Both the position numbers and the translations under genes were made by a program. From Pocillopora damicornis (lineage: Eukaryota), in assembly GCF_003704095.1 (NCBI RefSeq), contig NW_020843402.1:62001-126000 (forward strand): a DNA stretch of 64,000 bases, written 5' to 3'. Position 1 is the stretch's first letter, and each line of letters begins with the position of its first letter. Shown here one piece after another: positions 40,303 to 53,355 of the stretch. Under the pieces are notes generated by a model, which saw nothing but the letters and a program-made list of their open reading frames with translations, did not search any database and was not told the DNA's origin.

Positions 40303-41800
40303 ACTTTAAATGAGGTGAGTGGAGGAAAAGAGGGGAAGGGTTGAACTTACTAAGTGTGACAGACTGGCTTAAAACAAGTAGGATGTACTCGAGAAACATG
40401 CCACACTTTGTACTTGTCACCGACGGCTCAGTAATATTAACCTATGTTGGTCAATCAATCTTGATGCGAGGTTACGACCCTATCCTTTTCAGTTTGACCC
40501 TTCATTGCCCCCAGCCTTTTCTCATTAACTTAATATCAGAGTTGTAGATTAGTGTTATACCTAAAGTGAGGCCAAAAGATTTGCTTAGACTAATCTTTCA
40601 CATGTAAACTTTTTCTATGTAGGGGAGTACATTTTTTTTGCATGCACCGGCTCTAATCCTACGCATGTTGTCCTTATTTTTATCCTAAAATGACAATTGT
40701 GTAACACACAATCTATTTCTTGATTAATTTTGTTAATGATATTCTTTCTGTTAGTTCCTTCTCGAATACAAGTTGTTCGTTTGACAGTCTGAATTATGAT
40801 AAACTGCACTCAATTTTGATACCAAATGATAGTTCAAAGCAAAATCTGTTCTTTCCATGGCGTCAAATTCTGCCTGTAATCACCCGAAAGGTAAGCGGGA
40901 ACTATTTTGCTAAGTTAAAAGAACTTGTTGATGGCTTGTCTGATTCAAGTTTTTCTTCTTCAGTGAATCTCCTCTAAATTTCACTCTTGGCATTATAACA
41001 AGATAATTTGGATATATTGGTTTAGTTGAAAATATAAATTAACCACCATGACGAGTTCTAAAGCTAATTTATACATAACCTCGTAAATAACTTTGAGAAC
41101 TGTATCCTACGAAATAGGAGTAGAACGAAGTGTAAATAAATAGCATCCTTTGTTTTATTTTTCATGTTTCACAACGAAATGTTTGGAAATGAAATTTCAA
41201 CTCAAATGATGGTTGAAATTTTTCTTAATCGTTTATTTTTGGCCCATAAATTTATAATGATCTCCTCGAACGATTTTATGACCAGCCTTCCTTCCAATCA
41301 AACTTTAATTCTGACTAATAAAAGTACTTAAAAATAATCGAAAGGAGCTAAAACAAAGATCGCCAAACAAAAATTCTCGTGTTCTTCTCTCTTTCACTAT
41401 CTAGGGTTAGAGGTGAGGAGGTTAGGTGTTCAGGTTTTAGGTGAGAAAGCAACATACGGAACTTGTCTACTGACCTTTATGCTTAGATAAAGAAACGCTA
41501 CGCTGTTGATGAACTCTTGTGATTTGCTATCGATATTTATCGCTTGGAAATAGCTGCCAAGTTGATAGAAAAACTCCTTGTTCGGTTGACACAAAGTTTA
41601 CTGCATTCCTGGAACTCTGTCACTAACACAGATGCCAATGGGGCTATGTTGAGATGACGAAATTTGTGTGCAGCAAAGTTTGCGTAACCTACACCATCCC
41701 TATTGTCTCGCTTAAATACATATTTTAACGAGTTGAGTGGTGATCAGGCTGGAGTACAAAGGTATTCTTGCTTGAATAAGACTTGTACTTGCGGGTATGA
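39551..41800 (-). pseudogene. Decayed cnidarian PAN/Apple-EGF-C-terminal-domain secreted protein gene
   Basis: Exon ~41710-41475 RDNRDGVGYANFAAHKFRHLNIAPLASVLVTEFQECSKLCVN...SINLAA*..FLYLSIK|gt (PAN-like, with a stop and deletion). EGF-like remnant at ~40200-40265. Last exon 39910-39551 EIMFVNHQTGDHVYFKR...YQLLVGDNSFY/FISGFTENCHKDCDS*FGDSDSLYF...VAFHTNGH...RLTSVGLR*, with frameshifts. Confidence 0.65.
40265..40302. repeat. (TAC)n microsatellite
   Basis: About 12 perfect TAC units. Confidence 0.95.
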
Positions 41801-42528
41801 AATTAACTCCTGTCCTATTGTATCTCACTCTTTCCTGACCAGTCGTGTTTGTCATGTGTATGATGTCACGGCCTACGCTTCGTGGGGTAGAACTCACAGT
41901 GAACAACTTAACATCACCAAACTCTCATTGGAAAAACGGGCACACTATTAAAACCTCTAGAAATGATAATCGGTCTGAGTGTGTGAGGCTAAAAAAATTT
42001 GTTATTAGCTGAATTTTACTTTATGTAGTTTAAATATGGAAGATTTCAGTGATGGAAGAGTCTTTCACACATACAAAAAACAATAACCACGATATAAATA
42101 ACTTACTACTCTTCCCTCAAAAGCTCAAAATTAAAATAACATGGCTGTCATAAGTACATCTTCCCAGCTAGAGATTTTTTCTTCACTTTGTCTGCAGTCT
42201 ACTTTTCCAAAGAAAAATGAATTATTAGGGAACTGTGTAAACCCTATGGTGGGTGCAGCCCTTCTAGTAAGCATCCACTTCAACTGACCTTTAATGGAGA
42301 TGAGAAGAAAAAACAGACTAAAACATTACTTAGTTGAAAAACTTAAAAGCACTATCTATGTACTATAACTGATCTACACTTGACGAAACACAGAATTGAA
42401 CTACATAAAATTTGACAACTTTCTCTTAACCTTTTTTCACACAAGGTGGAAATGGTTTTATTACACTTTTTCAAGTTCCCTTGCTTCCTTTGAAAATCAA
42501 TAGTTTCATTGTAATGCAAAACACTTTC

Positions 42529-44178
42529 TCAAAAATCTACAACTCTATCACCAAACTCTGTCTTAATGATTTTTTTGCCAAACTGTTTAGTGTTCACAAG
42601 CTCTTTGGGTACAGCTTGATCCATCACTTCCAGCATTTCTTTTAGTTGCTCAGCAATCTTACAGTCAAGTGTCAAAAAAGATGTTGCAACACCAAAATGC
42701 CCCATTCTTCCTGTACGACCACAGCGGTGAACATAATCTTCAATACTATCTGGTAGATCATAGTTTATTACATGCGTTACTTCAGGAAAATCAAGACCTC
42801 TTGACCCAACATCTGTTGCCACCAACACATCCACTTTGCCTTCACGAAATTCCCTCACTAAAGTAAATCGGTATTCTTGAGGTTTTTCAGAGTGCAGGCC
42901 AGATGCATGGAACTGTTCCTCCTTAAGTAACTCTGTGACATAATCTACATTCTGGATGGATGATGTAAATACAATGACAGGAGGAATAGGTGTATTTCGA
43001 AGAACTTGTAATAATTTTTCTGTTTTTTCATAATGATACAGAAACATGACATTTTGTTGGATAGTAGGAGATATCAGCCCAACAGGTCCTACTTGAATTG
43101 TAATGGGATCTAACACCGCAGACCTTGTCAATCTGTCTAAAGAATCTGGCATGGTAGCAGTCCATAGCAGTGTTTGTCTTGCCCTTTCAGTTCTAGTTGC
43201 AAGTCCAACAACCTTCCTCAACTGTTCTTCCAACCCCATCCCAAGCATCTTATCTACCTCATCCATCACTAAATATGACACTTTATTAAGACTGATGAGG
43301 CCACGTTTACACAAGTCAAGAAGCCTTCCGGGAGTTGCTATGACAACATCCACTCCACTCCTTATCTCCTGTGCCTGAACTGAAACTGGCACACCACCAC
43401 AAATTCCAACTGATTTGTATTTGATGCTGACTGGTGAAGCTGCAGGGAATAAGTAAGGGAAAGATGCTAAATTACTTGATACTGGATGACAGCCAGGCAT
43501 TCCTGGTGACCCTGTGTTCATCACGTTATAAGGTAAATGTGTATTCAAATAAGAACTCCTTGTTGTGTTTGAGTAATTCAAATGAAGTGAATTGATGTTT
43601 TCAGCGACACTGCCATGGTTATTGTTTGGTAAAACCATACCTGTAGTCTTTGTTGTGATACAATACAACAATTCTGAAATATGATCAAACACTTGTCGCA
43701 TCAGTTCCCTTGTGGGAGTCAAAATAAGTGCCATAGGTCCTTGTCCAGGCAAACATGGCTGTCTTGTTTTCAAAAACATACACAGAGGCAAGGAATAAGC
43801 CAACGTTTTACCAGACCCAGTCTCTGCCAAACCAATGATGTCTCTTCCACTCATAACACAGCTGAGAGCCTGCATCTGGATTGCAGTGGGGCTAATGTAG
43901 CCATTATCTTGCAAGTACTCCTGCAGTTCAGGAGGTAACTTTAAATCTTGAAAACTTGTTATAGGCTTCGGGCAATTTTCACCTTGGATCTCAATCCCAT
44001 TTTGCCACCTTATTTCATCAATTTTTTCCTCAGAAAGCTGTGTTATATTTTCAACTTCCTCATAGTAAGATTTCATTAAGTTGTCTTCCTGTCCCGTGGT
44101 ATTTCGTTTCGTATTTGTTCTAAGAGGAATGAAATCATCTTCAGATCTCTCTCCTTTTCCTTCCACTTGGTTCGCCAT
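42529..44178 (-). CDS. Intronless DEAD-box RNA helicase, 549 aa (DDX23/DDX41/DDX59-like neighbourhood, subfamily not assigned)
   Basis: Q motif SPTAIQ, I AETGSGKT, Ia TPTREL, GG, Ib TPGRLLD, II DEVD, III TAT, IV VIVF, QxxR, V TDVGSRGLD, VI HRCGRTGR. Single open frame with AAAATGGCG start. Confidence 0.93.
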   Translation of the reverse strand: MANQVEGKGERSEDDFIPLRTNTKRNTTGQEDNLMKSYYEEVENITQLSEEKIDEIRWQNGIEIQGENCPKPITSFQDLKLPPELQEYLQDNGYISPTAIQMQALSCVMSGRDIIGLAETGSGKTLAYSLPLCMFLKTRQPCLPGQGPMALILTPTRELMRQVFDHISELLYCITTKTTGMVLPNNNHGSVAENINSLHLNYSNTTRSSYLNTHLPYNVMNTGSPGMPGCHPVSSNLASFPYLFPAASPVSIKYKSVGICGGVPVSVQAQEIRSGVDVVIATPGRLLDLCKRGLISLNKVSYLVMDEVDKMLGMGLEEQLRKVVGLATRTERARQTLLWTATMPDSLDRLTRSAVLDPITIQVGPVGLISPTIQQNVMFLYHYEKTEKLLQVLRNTPIPPVIVFTSSIQNVDYVTELLKEEQFHASGLHSEKPQEYRFTLVREFREGKVDVLVATDVGSRGLDFPEVTHVINYDLPDSIEDYVHRCGRTGRMGHFGVATSFLTLDCKIAEQLKEMLEVMDQAVPKELVNTKQFGKKIIKTEFGDRVVDF

Positions 44179-44368
44179 TTTACAAAGATTGCAGTTGTCT
44201 TGTACGGTTCAGCGGCAAAGTTGAGAATATATGCCCGCGCACAAATTTGCAGCAAATTTGACTTGAAAGCGAAGGCTCAAAATTGAGGTTGCAGATTTCC
44301 CCAAAATGAGAAAGAGAGATTAGTGACTTTATTAATACCGGTCGATTGGACTGTGCAATTCGTGAGTC
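44179..44368. promoter_or_regulatory. Putative bidirectional promoter between helicase and SNX25 (190 bp between ATGs)
   Basis: Divergent start codons; CpG-retaining island; GATTGG near 44344 and TGAGTCA at 44363-44369. Confidence 0.55.
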
Positions 44369-47300
44369 ATGCAAAATTACTACATTGTAGGGTGCACTAT
44401 CCTTGTAGCTGTGCTATGGCAGGTTGGATTTCTCCAGAGCCTCTATTCGACAATATGGAACTTTTTTGTTGTACTAATGGGGATTTTCTCAGGGGTAATG
44501 CTATACCTCCTCTCTGGTAAACAACGAAACCCATCAACACCAAAACTTCCAAAGAAAGTTGAAACAGTCAGACGTTTTCTGGCTAAGCTTACGCGAAGTC
44601 AAACGCATAAACCTTACAAGCACAAGACTGTTGTTTCAAGACCTGTCGACAAAGCCATCCAGGAGGTGTTTGACTTATTCATCCGTGATTTTTGCCTATC
44701 TTGGTTTCGCGATTTGGGTAAAGATGAAGCTGCCTTTGTCGATATACTAACTGAAGAGCTGTGGGTTGTGACGGCGAATCTTGTGGACAGGTTAAAATGT
44801 GTTGACACCGTGAAATTCTTGTCGAATGACGTGGTTGAAATTCTCAGCAGACACTTCCAACAGCTGCGACTCGCAGACACCCGAGCCTTTTCTGATAATG
44901 CGATTCACTTTGTTCTCCATCCATGCCTCACGAGTCGAGCTGCAGAGCTTGATTATCTCCGCAAAGCCTCCGAGGTTATGCTTTGTTGTCTTCTTCCTCA
45001 AAAGAATTCACGTTGTTCCACAATGCGATACCTTTTGCGCGAGATTTTAGCGTTCTCTGTCTTCCAGCCTCTGGCCGACATGTTGTGCGATCCTGACTAT
45101 ATAAACCAAACCCTTCTTGTCCATTTGGAGGCCAAAGAAGCTCTCACAGCTCAGCACAAGCAAGGCTATGCTTATGCAGAAACTTATGAAGACTTCATCA
45201 AGATGATCAATACATCAAATTCAGTTGAAACTTTGAAACAAATTAGGTAACAGCATTACAAGTTATTTATAAAGATCACAAAGTTGCAGATTTTTTTTTT
45301 TCACAGCACCAGCTTTTCTTCTGAATCATTATAATGCAACCTTCCCCCCCCCTGAAAAAACCTTTGGTGGCTCTGACCCCCACCCTCAGGAGACGTTTGT
45401 GAAGGTTTAAGATGGAGTATAGAGGTTTGACTGTATTTATTTTTGTTTGGATAAAGGAAACTAAAATTCCTTTTTTGATCTGATTTTACCACACAGGTAT
45501 CACATAATTGCAGAAATCATGCAGGCAACTACAATTAACAACTTAAAGGGAATTGACCAGTTTGGACAAGATGACAAACAGGGAAAAGCCCTGAAGAAAG
45601 ATACTCAGCTGAGAGCTAGGAATCTAAAACGTTACATCAACCAGTGTACTGTGGCTAAAGCTCAGTGTGAACGTCGCATCAAAATGTTAGGGGGACCTGA
45701 TTACACTAATAATGGAGGGACAGACATAATACAGACTAGACAAGAGAAAGTCAAGCTTAATAAAAAATTGAGTGCAAAATCTCAAGCCAAAGTGTTAGGC
45801 TTTCCTGAGGTGATGGATAACAGCTTGGCAAGGAGCTTTTTTATGCTGTTCCTTCAAAATAAAACTGGCAGCAAAAATATGCTTAGGTCAGTTTTGGATT
45901 ATTCTTTTGTTCCAAAGATTTAGAACCACAATCTTAATATCAATTCAAATATTTTTGAGATGATTGCAAATCACATTGATGTTAAACCATGGACTTTGTA
46001 TTGTTCACCCAGACAAAAATATTTTTAAATTGATTTGTGACAGTTCAAGTGATGATGTTTTATGGTTTTCTTTAATATGAAATGTTCCATTGAAATTCAT
46101 TGATTTCTTTTTTCAATGATTGCAGTTTCTGGATGGCTGTAGAGAATCTTAAGTTAGTAAAATACACTGAACTGCATGAAAGTGCACAAGAAATCTACCA
46201 AGTTTATGTTGCACCATCATCAGACAAATCTGTTATGTTGGACACCACTTTGGTGAGAGGAATGGAGCAGTACCTGCATGGTACCCATGGACTCCAAGGG
46301 TTCTTTGATGCACAGAAGAAAGTTTATAAAACTCTAGAGGAAAGGTTTTACCGCAAGTTTGTGCTAAGTGAAGAGTACTTCATGTTTGTTTTGCAATCAG
46401 AAGCAGAGTTAGATGATTTGCGTGCTCAACACAGGGAGGATGATGACCTGGATTTGAACTGGAATGATGAATTTGATTTGGATACAACTGATGAAGATGT
46501 ACGTACATTCAGTTTAGAAAAGTGAAAAACAGTTTTAAATCATACTAACTGGAATGTTTGGACTCTCAATACGATAAATTTTGTTAGTAGAGTTTTATGT
46601 AGATTGAAAATTTTTCCTAGGGCATGTTTCTGTATTTTGATAGTAGATAGTAATGAAAAAAAATGAATATACATTTAAACTACTATGCATATCAATTTCT
46701 TGAAACAGTTTTCCATTGTATGAGAATGTTCATATCTTTTCTGATTTATCATAGGTTGGAACAGAAAGTGATGGCACTCCAAAGCTTGGTGTGTGGACAT
46801 CTTCCGACCATATATTTTTTGCTATTATTTTTTGATGATCACTCATATTTTGAAGAAGTTAATCAACTGTTTTAATTCTTGTTTAAGACCAGTACACATA
46901 CACAAAAATTAATTGGTATTCCTTGAAAAAATAGACAGGTATATGAATTCATAAAGTAAAAGAGAGGTACTGGCAGCTGATGAACCAGCAGAAAATAAAT
47001 TTTATGCATCAATCCTTAGCATAGATGACATTTTATTTAAGTATTCTCTTATGCTTCCTCATAATTTATGTAGTATTTTTCTTTTCTCAAATATATCTTA
47101 GATGACTGAAGCACTAATGGGAATGCTTTTTGACATTTGAATTAAGAGTAGATCCCATGTTCTTTTTAGCACGTAAACCAAGTACTGTAGAAGAACGGAG
47201 TGAAGCAATTGTCCGTAAGTTAGAGGTTCTTGATCAAAGACTTGCCTCAAAGGTAATGCCAATCATAAAAATGTATGCTCTGGTTGTACCACAATAACAA

Positions 47301-50300
47301 ATTTACAGAACAGCTGTATATTGTTTGTTGTAAGAATTTATGATAGATAAGAGAGGTTCTATTGTTCAATGTTCTTTCTCCTTTTGTAGGTACCTCAGTA
47401 ATTGACATCTACAACTTAAAATTGTGTAGTGGTTTGTAATGATCATTTTCATGTAGATATTGTAAGTGTAATTTTTAAAATGATGATAATTTCTCCTCAA
47501 GACACAACAATTGGAACTTGTGAAAAGAAGTTATGGAGCTGAGGTCGAGGTACAGAGCCAGTTTGTCTGAATTATAAATATGAGTTAAGAGCAACATATT
47601 GTTTAGCAATGAAAACTAATATTTTTAAAGGGTATACCAAGTTGTGTAGAATTTTTGTAATCTTAATGCCAACTTTTTCATTTTTGACACACCATAGATG
47701 GTAGAATTCTGAGCTTGTTCTCTGCCAAAGCCTTGTTCAAGTCACCTGACCTGTGACTTGACCAGCCTCTTCTAGATTGCTGAAAAGTTGTTTCCCCCCC
47801 CACCTCTATTTAGGGTTGGTTTGTGAGCTGTAATGTAAATTGCCTCTGAAACTCCTCCCATAAACCAGTCTGGATCCCTGTCCAAAACATGTTCCTTGTC
47901 CTTAAGATATTTTTGGTTTATTTTTTAGGGAATTCCATGCATATTATTGAAATTAAATCATTTGTTTTGATTATGAATAACAAGAATATATTCATAACTA
48001 AATGTAATTATTTGAAGTTTTGTAATTAAAAGCTTCTCAAGATATCATTGGAATGGATGGTTTGTAGCACTAAGTTTCAATCAAGTAGCATAACCATACT
48101 GTAAGTAATGATGATCGTTTGTTTTTTAGTGGTTGTAATATTTATTTTATTCCTTTTTGAGGAAATGGAATATCTTACTGGTGAGATTGAAAAGTTGAAA
48201 ATAGAAAGAATGCAGCTGGAGTTTCATGTGGAGAGAACAGGTAGTCAAAGAATAATAGATGTTTGCAATCATTCGTACTTAAGCCTGATGGTGATGTTGG
48301 TTCTTGCAATGCACTGCATATTTTGCACTGTTGGAAATTGGCATAGTGCATCTTATCATATTTTAACCATTTAACAAGAATAATTGTAGTTCTCCATGAA
48401 ATATTTTTCTTCATTGTGATGGCAGCAGTGGGTAGTGTCATAGAGTATGGTATTTCATTTTCCAGTTATCAGATTTGTTGTAAAGAAGGTTGAGTGTTGT
48501 GAAGTATGGAAACAACAAAGAGTTTGATAAATGTATTCTATCAGGCATGCGCCCTGAAATTTATTTGTGTTTAAGAACCAAATGTCTATTCAATCCCCAT
48601 CTCCATACATAATTAACTCTAAGAGTTCCCTGATTGTTTTTTACAGATCAATGGTGTGAAAACTTAGGGATGTGGAAGATAGAAATACCTAGTGTAGAGG
48701 TAGGTCGGTAGCTTTACACACTTTGTTTAAAAATTTTAGGCACCAGATAGACAGAGCAGTGAGATCCATATGACTACTTGCTATGTTTAATTTTTTTTAT
48801 TTTAGTGGAATATAGATGGTGAGAGGTCAGTACCTGTGTATGCTATAGTGGTTCACAGTGCTGGTGAGAAGTCTCAGTCAGCTGGCAGATCACAAGAGGG
48901 AGACGGAAATCTCAATTCAGAAGGCTGGGTTGTAACTAGGAAGTTCAAAGATTTCGAGACTCTTCATGTTAAATTAAAGGAGGTAATGATATAGCATGGA
49001 AATGGAACTAAATTATACTTATTCCTTCTAAGTAATAATCTATTAGTGGCTAACTCTCAGTTGTAACAAAAATGGCGCTTGGTCTGTTTTATTAGTATAA
49101 AATAAATGATTATAATAATAACATATTTAATTTATTGTGTCTTGCAGTGTTGTTCTTGGCTTACTCGTGATCTACCTGTGCCATCCAAAAAATGGTACAG
49201 ATCCATTGATGACGAGTTTTTAGAACGATCAAGGAAAGCATTGGAAGAATACCTACAGGTAAAGTTGTGTTGCATGTTTTCCTATCCTTGCAATTTCTGT
49301 AAAATGAGCTGGTTGTTTATGTAAGAAAACATATAGAATTAAAGTTTCGAGGTGAAGTTAGCTCATAGTATGCTTACCAACACATTTACCAATTTTTTTG
49401 TGTTATGTATTACTTTTGTTGAAGACATTATTAGCTGATGAAAAGCTGTGCTTGAGTGAAGAGCTGTACTCTTTTCTCAGCCCCAGTCCTGAACATCTTA
49501 AGAAGCAGAGGTATTTAAAAGAGGTTTAATTGTTAATAAGATTATCATCACATTATCTTCAATCAATTTTAAATCATATTGAATTATCTTTGGTGCACTT
49601 TTGGCAATGAACTTCAAATCAGAGTAAGTTGTATTTACAGAATTTTGTGGTTTGAAACAAATACATGTAAAAGGCACAGGTGCATGTATTAAAGAGATGA
49701 ATAGTTTATTGACGTTCTTTGAGTCTACTTATTTTCTCATGAATTGTTTAATTTTACTTAATAAGATTCCCCACTTTTCTTTTAAGTGAACCAACCAAAA
49801 GAGGGTTTTCCCTTTTGTCAGTGTTAAAAAGGTATGTAAAATGTGTAGAATTGTGTTTGTGTTGGTTAATAAGTGGTTTGATGTGGCTTTCTGCTTAATG
49901 TTTGTTTACTTCAATGTTAACAAGCTGTTCACTTTTTCTTGAATTAGCCTACCTTTTGACATCATTCCAGCAGAAGAAGCTGATGAGGTTAGAAAAAACG
50001 GTTATTAAGATGAATGTGTTCAGTTAGTAGTATAAATACTGTTATAGACAAGATCATTTGGTTGTCAATGTCCACCTTTAAAAACTTATTTCTTAATTGA
50101 TGTTAATTTTACAATTTTAATTCTCACTGGGATGAAAAAATTGAGAAAAAATAGTAATTTTCACCCTCCACAAGCAGTTGATTAATTTGTTTTTGAAAAT
50201 TACTCTATAGGAAACAGGTCTTGATCCAGAGGACAGGTGAGACATTATGTTATTGATGATTTACAAGTTGAACATAATAATTCAAGAAATTAAATCATTT

Positions 50301-50748
50301 TTATTTCACAGTATTCTCAAAGTAGACAAAATGGGAATATTGTTTTAGGAAATTTTATTGTTTTGTTCTTGAAAATGAGACAACAGTAGATGGAGTTATT
50401 TTGTATGTCAGTGTTTACATAAAAAAATATTACAATTATACTAACAAGCACTTTCAACATTGGGTTTTGCTATTTTTGGAAGAAAGATGTTTGCTGAGGT
50501 TAGTCAATTATCTTTCCTGACATTTCCCTTTCTTGTTATGGGCAGTTCCCTGCGTAAAGATTCTATTGCTGAGCCATTTTATGGATTAATTGGTGAAATA
50601 TTTGAGCTGAAAGGAGGTAAATGTGATGAATTTCAACATGCAGGATACCTTTTCTTGTATGGATACAGTGATCTTGTATTTAATATAATTTTCCTCAGAA
50701 AGAATCTTCTTGGAGGAAAAATAAAATAATGATAGCCATTATAATATG

Positions 50749-50790
<42 letters not shown>

Positions 50791-53355
50791 TGATGATGAT
50801 GATGATAATGATGAGAACAATAAATACATTGATATTAGAAAGAACAATTATTTTTGTGCACAGTTTTTAAGTGGCTGAGAAGAACTTTAATAGCTTTTGT
50901 TCAAGTCACATTTGGAGGCACAATTAACAAGTAAGAGTTTCTGGATGAGTTTGTTATAAATACACCTTTTTCAGTGGTTCAACATGTAATGTGGGCACAT
51001 ATTTTGTGAGTTGCAGCATATTTTTCTAAGGAAGGAAAAATATGAGCAATAAGCAAAAAGGCCAAGGGATGTTGTATGTTAAACCTGGATCAAAAAAGGG
51101 ACTAGTCTTTCCATCTTTTTTCAATTTTGTAATTTTTTGGCATTCTTTGAGAATTGTTTTGATTACTTAAGGCATGTATTAAAGATAAAAACAAAACAAA
51201 CAAAACCAGCCACAATAGAAAATTGTTTCAATCAATATAGTTTGTCCCTGAAATGACACAGTCAAACAGTTTACAGTTTGGATGGCTGCCTGTGGCCTTT
51301 TTATTTCTCATTTTTTTCTTCATATTTTTGCCCTGTTCTACATCATAATTCCATTGATTTTGTGGGTTCTGTTGCCTTAATATGGCAAAATATCATGCAT
51401 AATAGTGAAATGAAAATATTGGAAGTAAATATCATATAGTGGGTCATCATACTAGTTTGAAAAATGATTACACCAAGGACAGATTTGAATCATAAAATTT
51501 TCAGTCACTTGACATAAAGGTTAAAATTAATGAAGTTATTCACACTGGTATTTTGATTCCTTTCTATGGTGTGCTTATAATATTTGTGTCTTATCACAAG
51601 GGGGTTGAACAGTTATATTTAGCAATTAACTGATCCCAAAAACATTACATATGGAGAAAGTGTGGGAACCTTTGCAGACAGTAGAATGTGTCATGTTTAA
51701 TTTATACCTCTTACTTGAATTGAAGGACAGTTAATTTATCTTCATAAATCCTGATTACTATCTAATGAGAAGACTTTGTTCCTTGACCAGGGAAATCCAT
51801 CATATGGTTGAGTGGCTTGTGTCAGAATCAATGGTAATGTACTACATTCGTTTGTTCCGTGACTCAACATGGCCTGGTGGGGAACTGGCTAAACCTGCTG
51901 TACAACGTACTGATGCAGTAAGGAAGTTGGACTTTTTACATTGAATTTCTGTCAACATTGTAATTTTTCAATACATTGGCTCCAAGCTTCAATCATTTTG
52001 CTGGACATGGAGAGTAGACAAAATAATTGGCATGTATCTCAGGCTAGTTCCAGAACAAGGAATTCAAGATGGAACTCTTTGCAAAATACAATGATTTAGT
52101 ACTTGAGGTATTTTTAAAGATGTGATCAAAATTGATTTAAATGGTAACTGAAAATATGCCTTTCCACAGTCATCATCTCTCTTTCAGGAGAAACTTAAGA
52201 CAAGTAAAAGAGCAAGACAAAAATTTCTGAAAAACATTCCAGGCAAGTTAGAAATGGGCAACGAGCTTTAATTCCCTGTCACACAGATGTTGAGAAATGT
52301 AGGAACAGTTTCAGATCATCAATAGAGTTTTATCAGTTATCTGATATTAATTTTTTTTATTGAGAGGGCAAGTTTCTGAGGAAAATGTGGTGCTATGTTA
52401 GTGGGGGTGTCAGTTAATACAAGATAATTCTAATTCCCACCCATCAGAATTTTTTACATGATGAAAAATTTTCCATTCTTTTCAGTAATCATATATGGGA
52501 ATGGTCCTTTAATTAATTTTTAAATTTATGACATTAATAGAATTACTGGTTCACATACTAAGTTGTAAAAGATTACTTCATAAAAGATCCTTAAAAATTC
52601 TTCTTTTATTAATAATTCATATTATAGAAGTTCTCCAGAATCTGGTGGGAAAAAAAAATAGTAAACTTGGAACTCTGAAGGTAACCCTAATGATTTAACT
52701 GGCTACAGTTATGTACCTTGATTAGTGTTTATGTGCTATATATTTTACAATAAACAACTGGATTGAACATTCTTTATTCTTAAAATTCTGTGATTGAGCA
52801 AGTGAATGGGGTGAAGTTTTCCTGAAAACACTTTTTTCCAGCTTTTACATAAAACATGTTTGTTTTAGGTGTTTGAAGCATTTCAGGATATCAGGGTTAC
52901 CAAACACCTGTTTTATGTAAGTTCTTTGTCAGAAATTTCTCCTTATTAATTTAGTTTCAAGTAGATTTACATTATTTGATAAACAGAGGTATGTCCTATT
53001 TGGTTTTTACTGTTGAGTGATGCATGATAAGGATGCTAAGCTGAGAATACAGAAGGGTGTGTGGGTGGAAACAGGTTACTGTTCTGTTTAGCTGTCTATG
53101 GAATCTTTCATCTCATTCTGACCTTGTTACTGCTAAGTTTCCACCAGACTACATTTTGATTTGCATGGCAATCTTTTTAGCTATTAAAGAAACTGGTGGA
53201 TTTTTAATCCATCTTTGTTTTTCTTACAGGTTCTGTTTGAGCTCATTTTATTTACCATTTGCCCTGAAGTGATGTCTGAGGAAGTTAAGCAAAGAGCAAT
53301 GGTTTTGATGAACATGAAGAACATGCAGCCAATTTCACCTCACATTGATAAATAA
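44369..53355 (+). CDS. SNX25: Sorting nexin-25 (N-terminal TM hairpin, PXA, RGS, coiled coil, PX, PXC), ~21 exons
   Basis: Two N-terminal hydrophobic helices. PXA (FIRDFCLSWF...RYLLREILA..DPDYIN). SNX25-typical YHIIAEIMQATTI...RARNLKRYINQCTVAKAQCERRIKMLGGPDY. RGS (FWMAVE..AQEIYQVYV). PX (WVVTRKFKDFETLHVKLKE). PXC (FRDSTWPGG, KHLFYVLFELI). First exon 44369-45246, last 53230-53355; GC donor at 52243. Confidence 0.93.
50751..50812. repeat. Compound (AAT)n(GAT)n microsatellite in an SNX25 intron
   Basis: Seen directly. Confidence 0.95.

Noticed and set aside
40131-40420. Poly-Leu and poly-Ser ORFs
   Set aside because: Produced by the (TAC)n microsatellite.
43252-43263. DEVD as a caspase-3 cleavage site or unique novelty
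   Set aside because: It is the buried helicase motif II, and DEVD also occurs naturally in DDX21/DDX50-type helicases.
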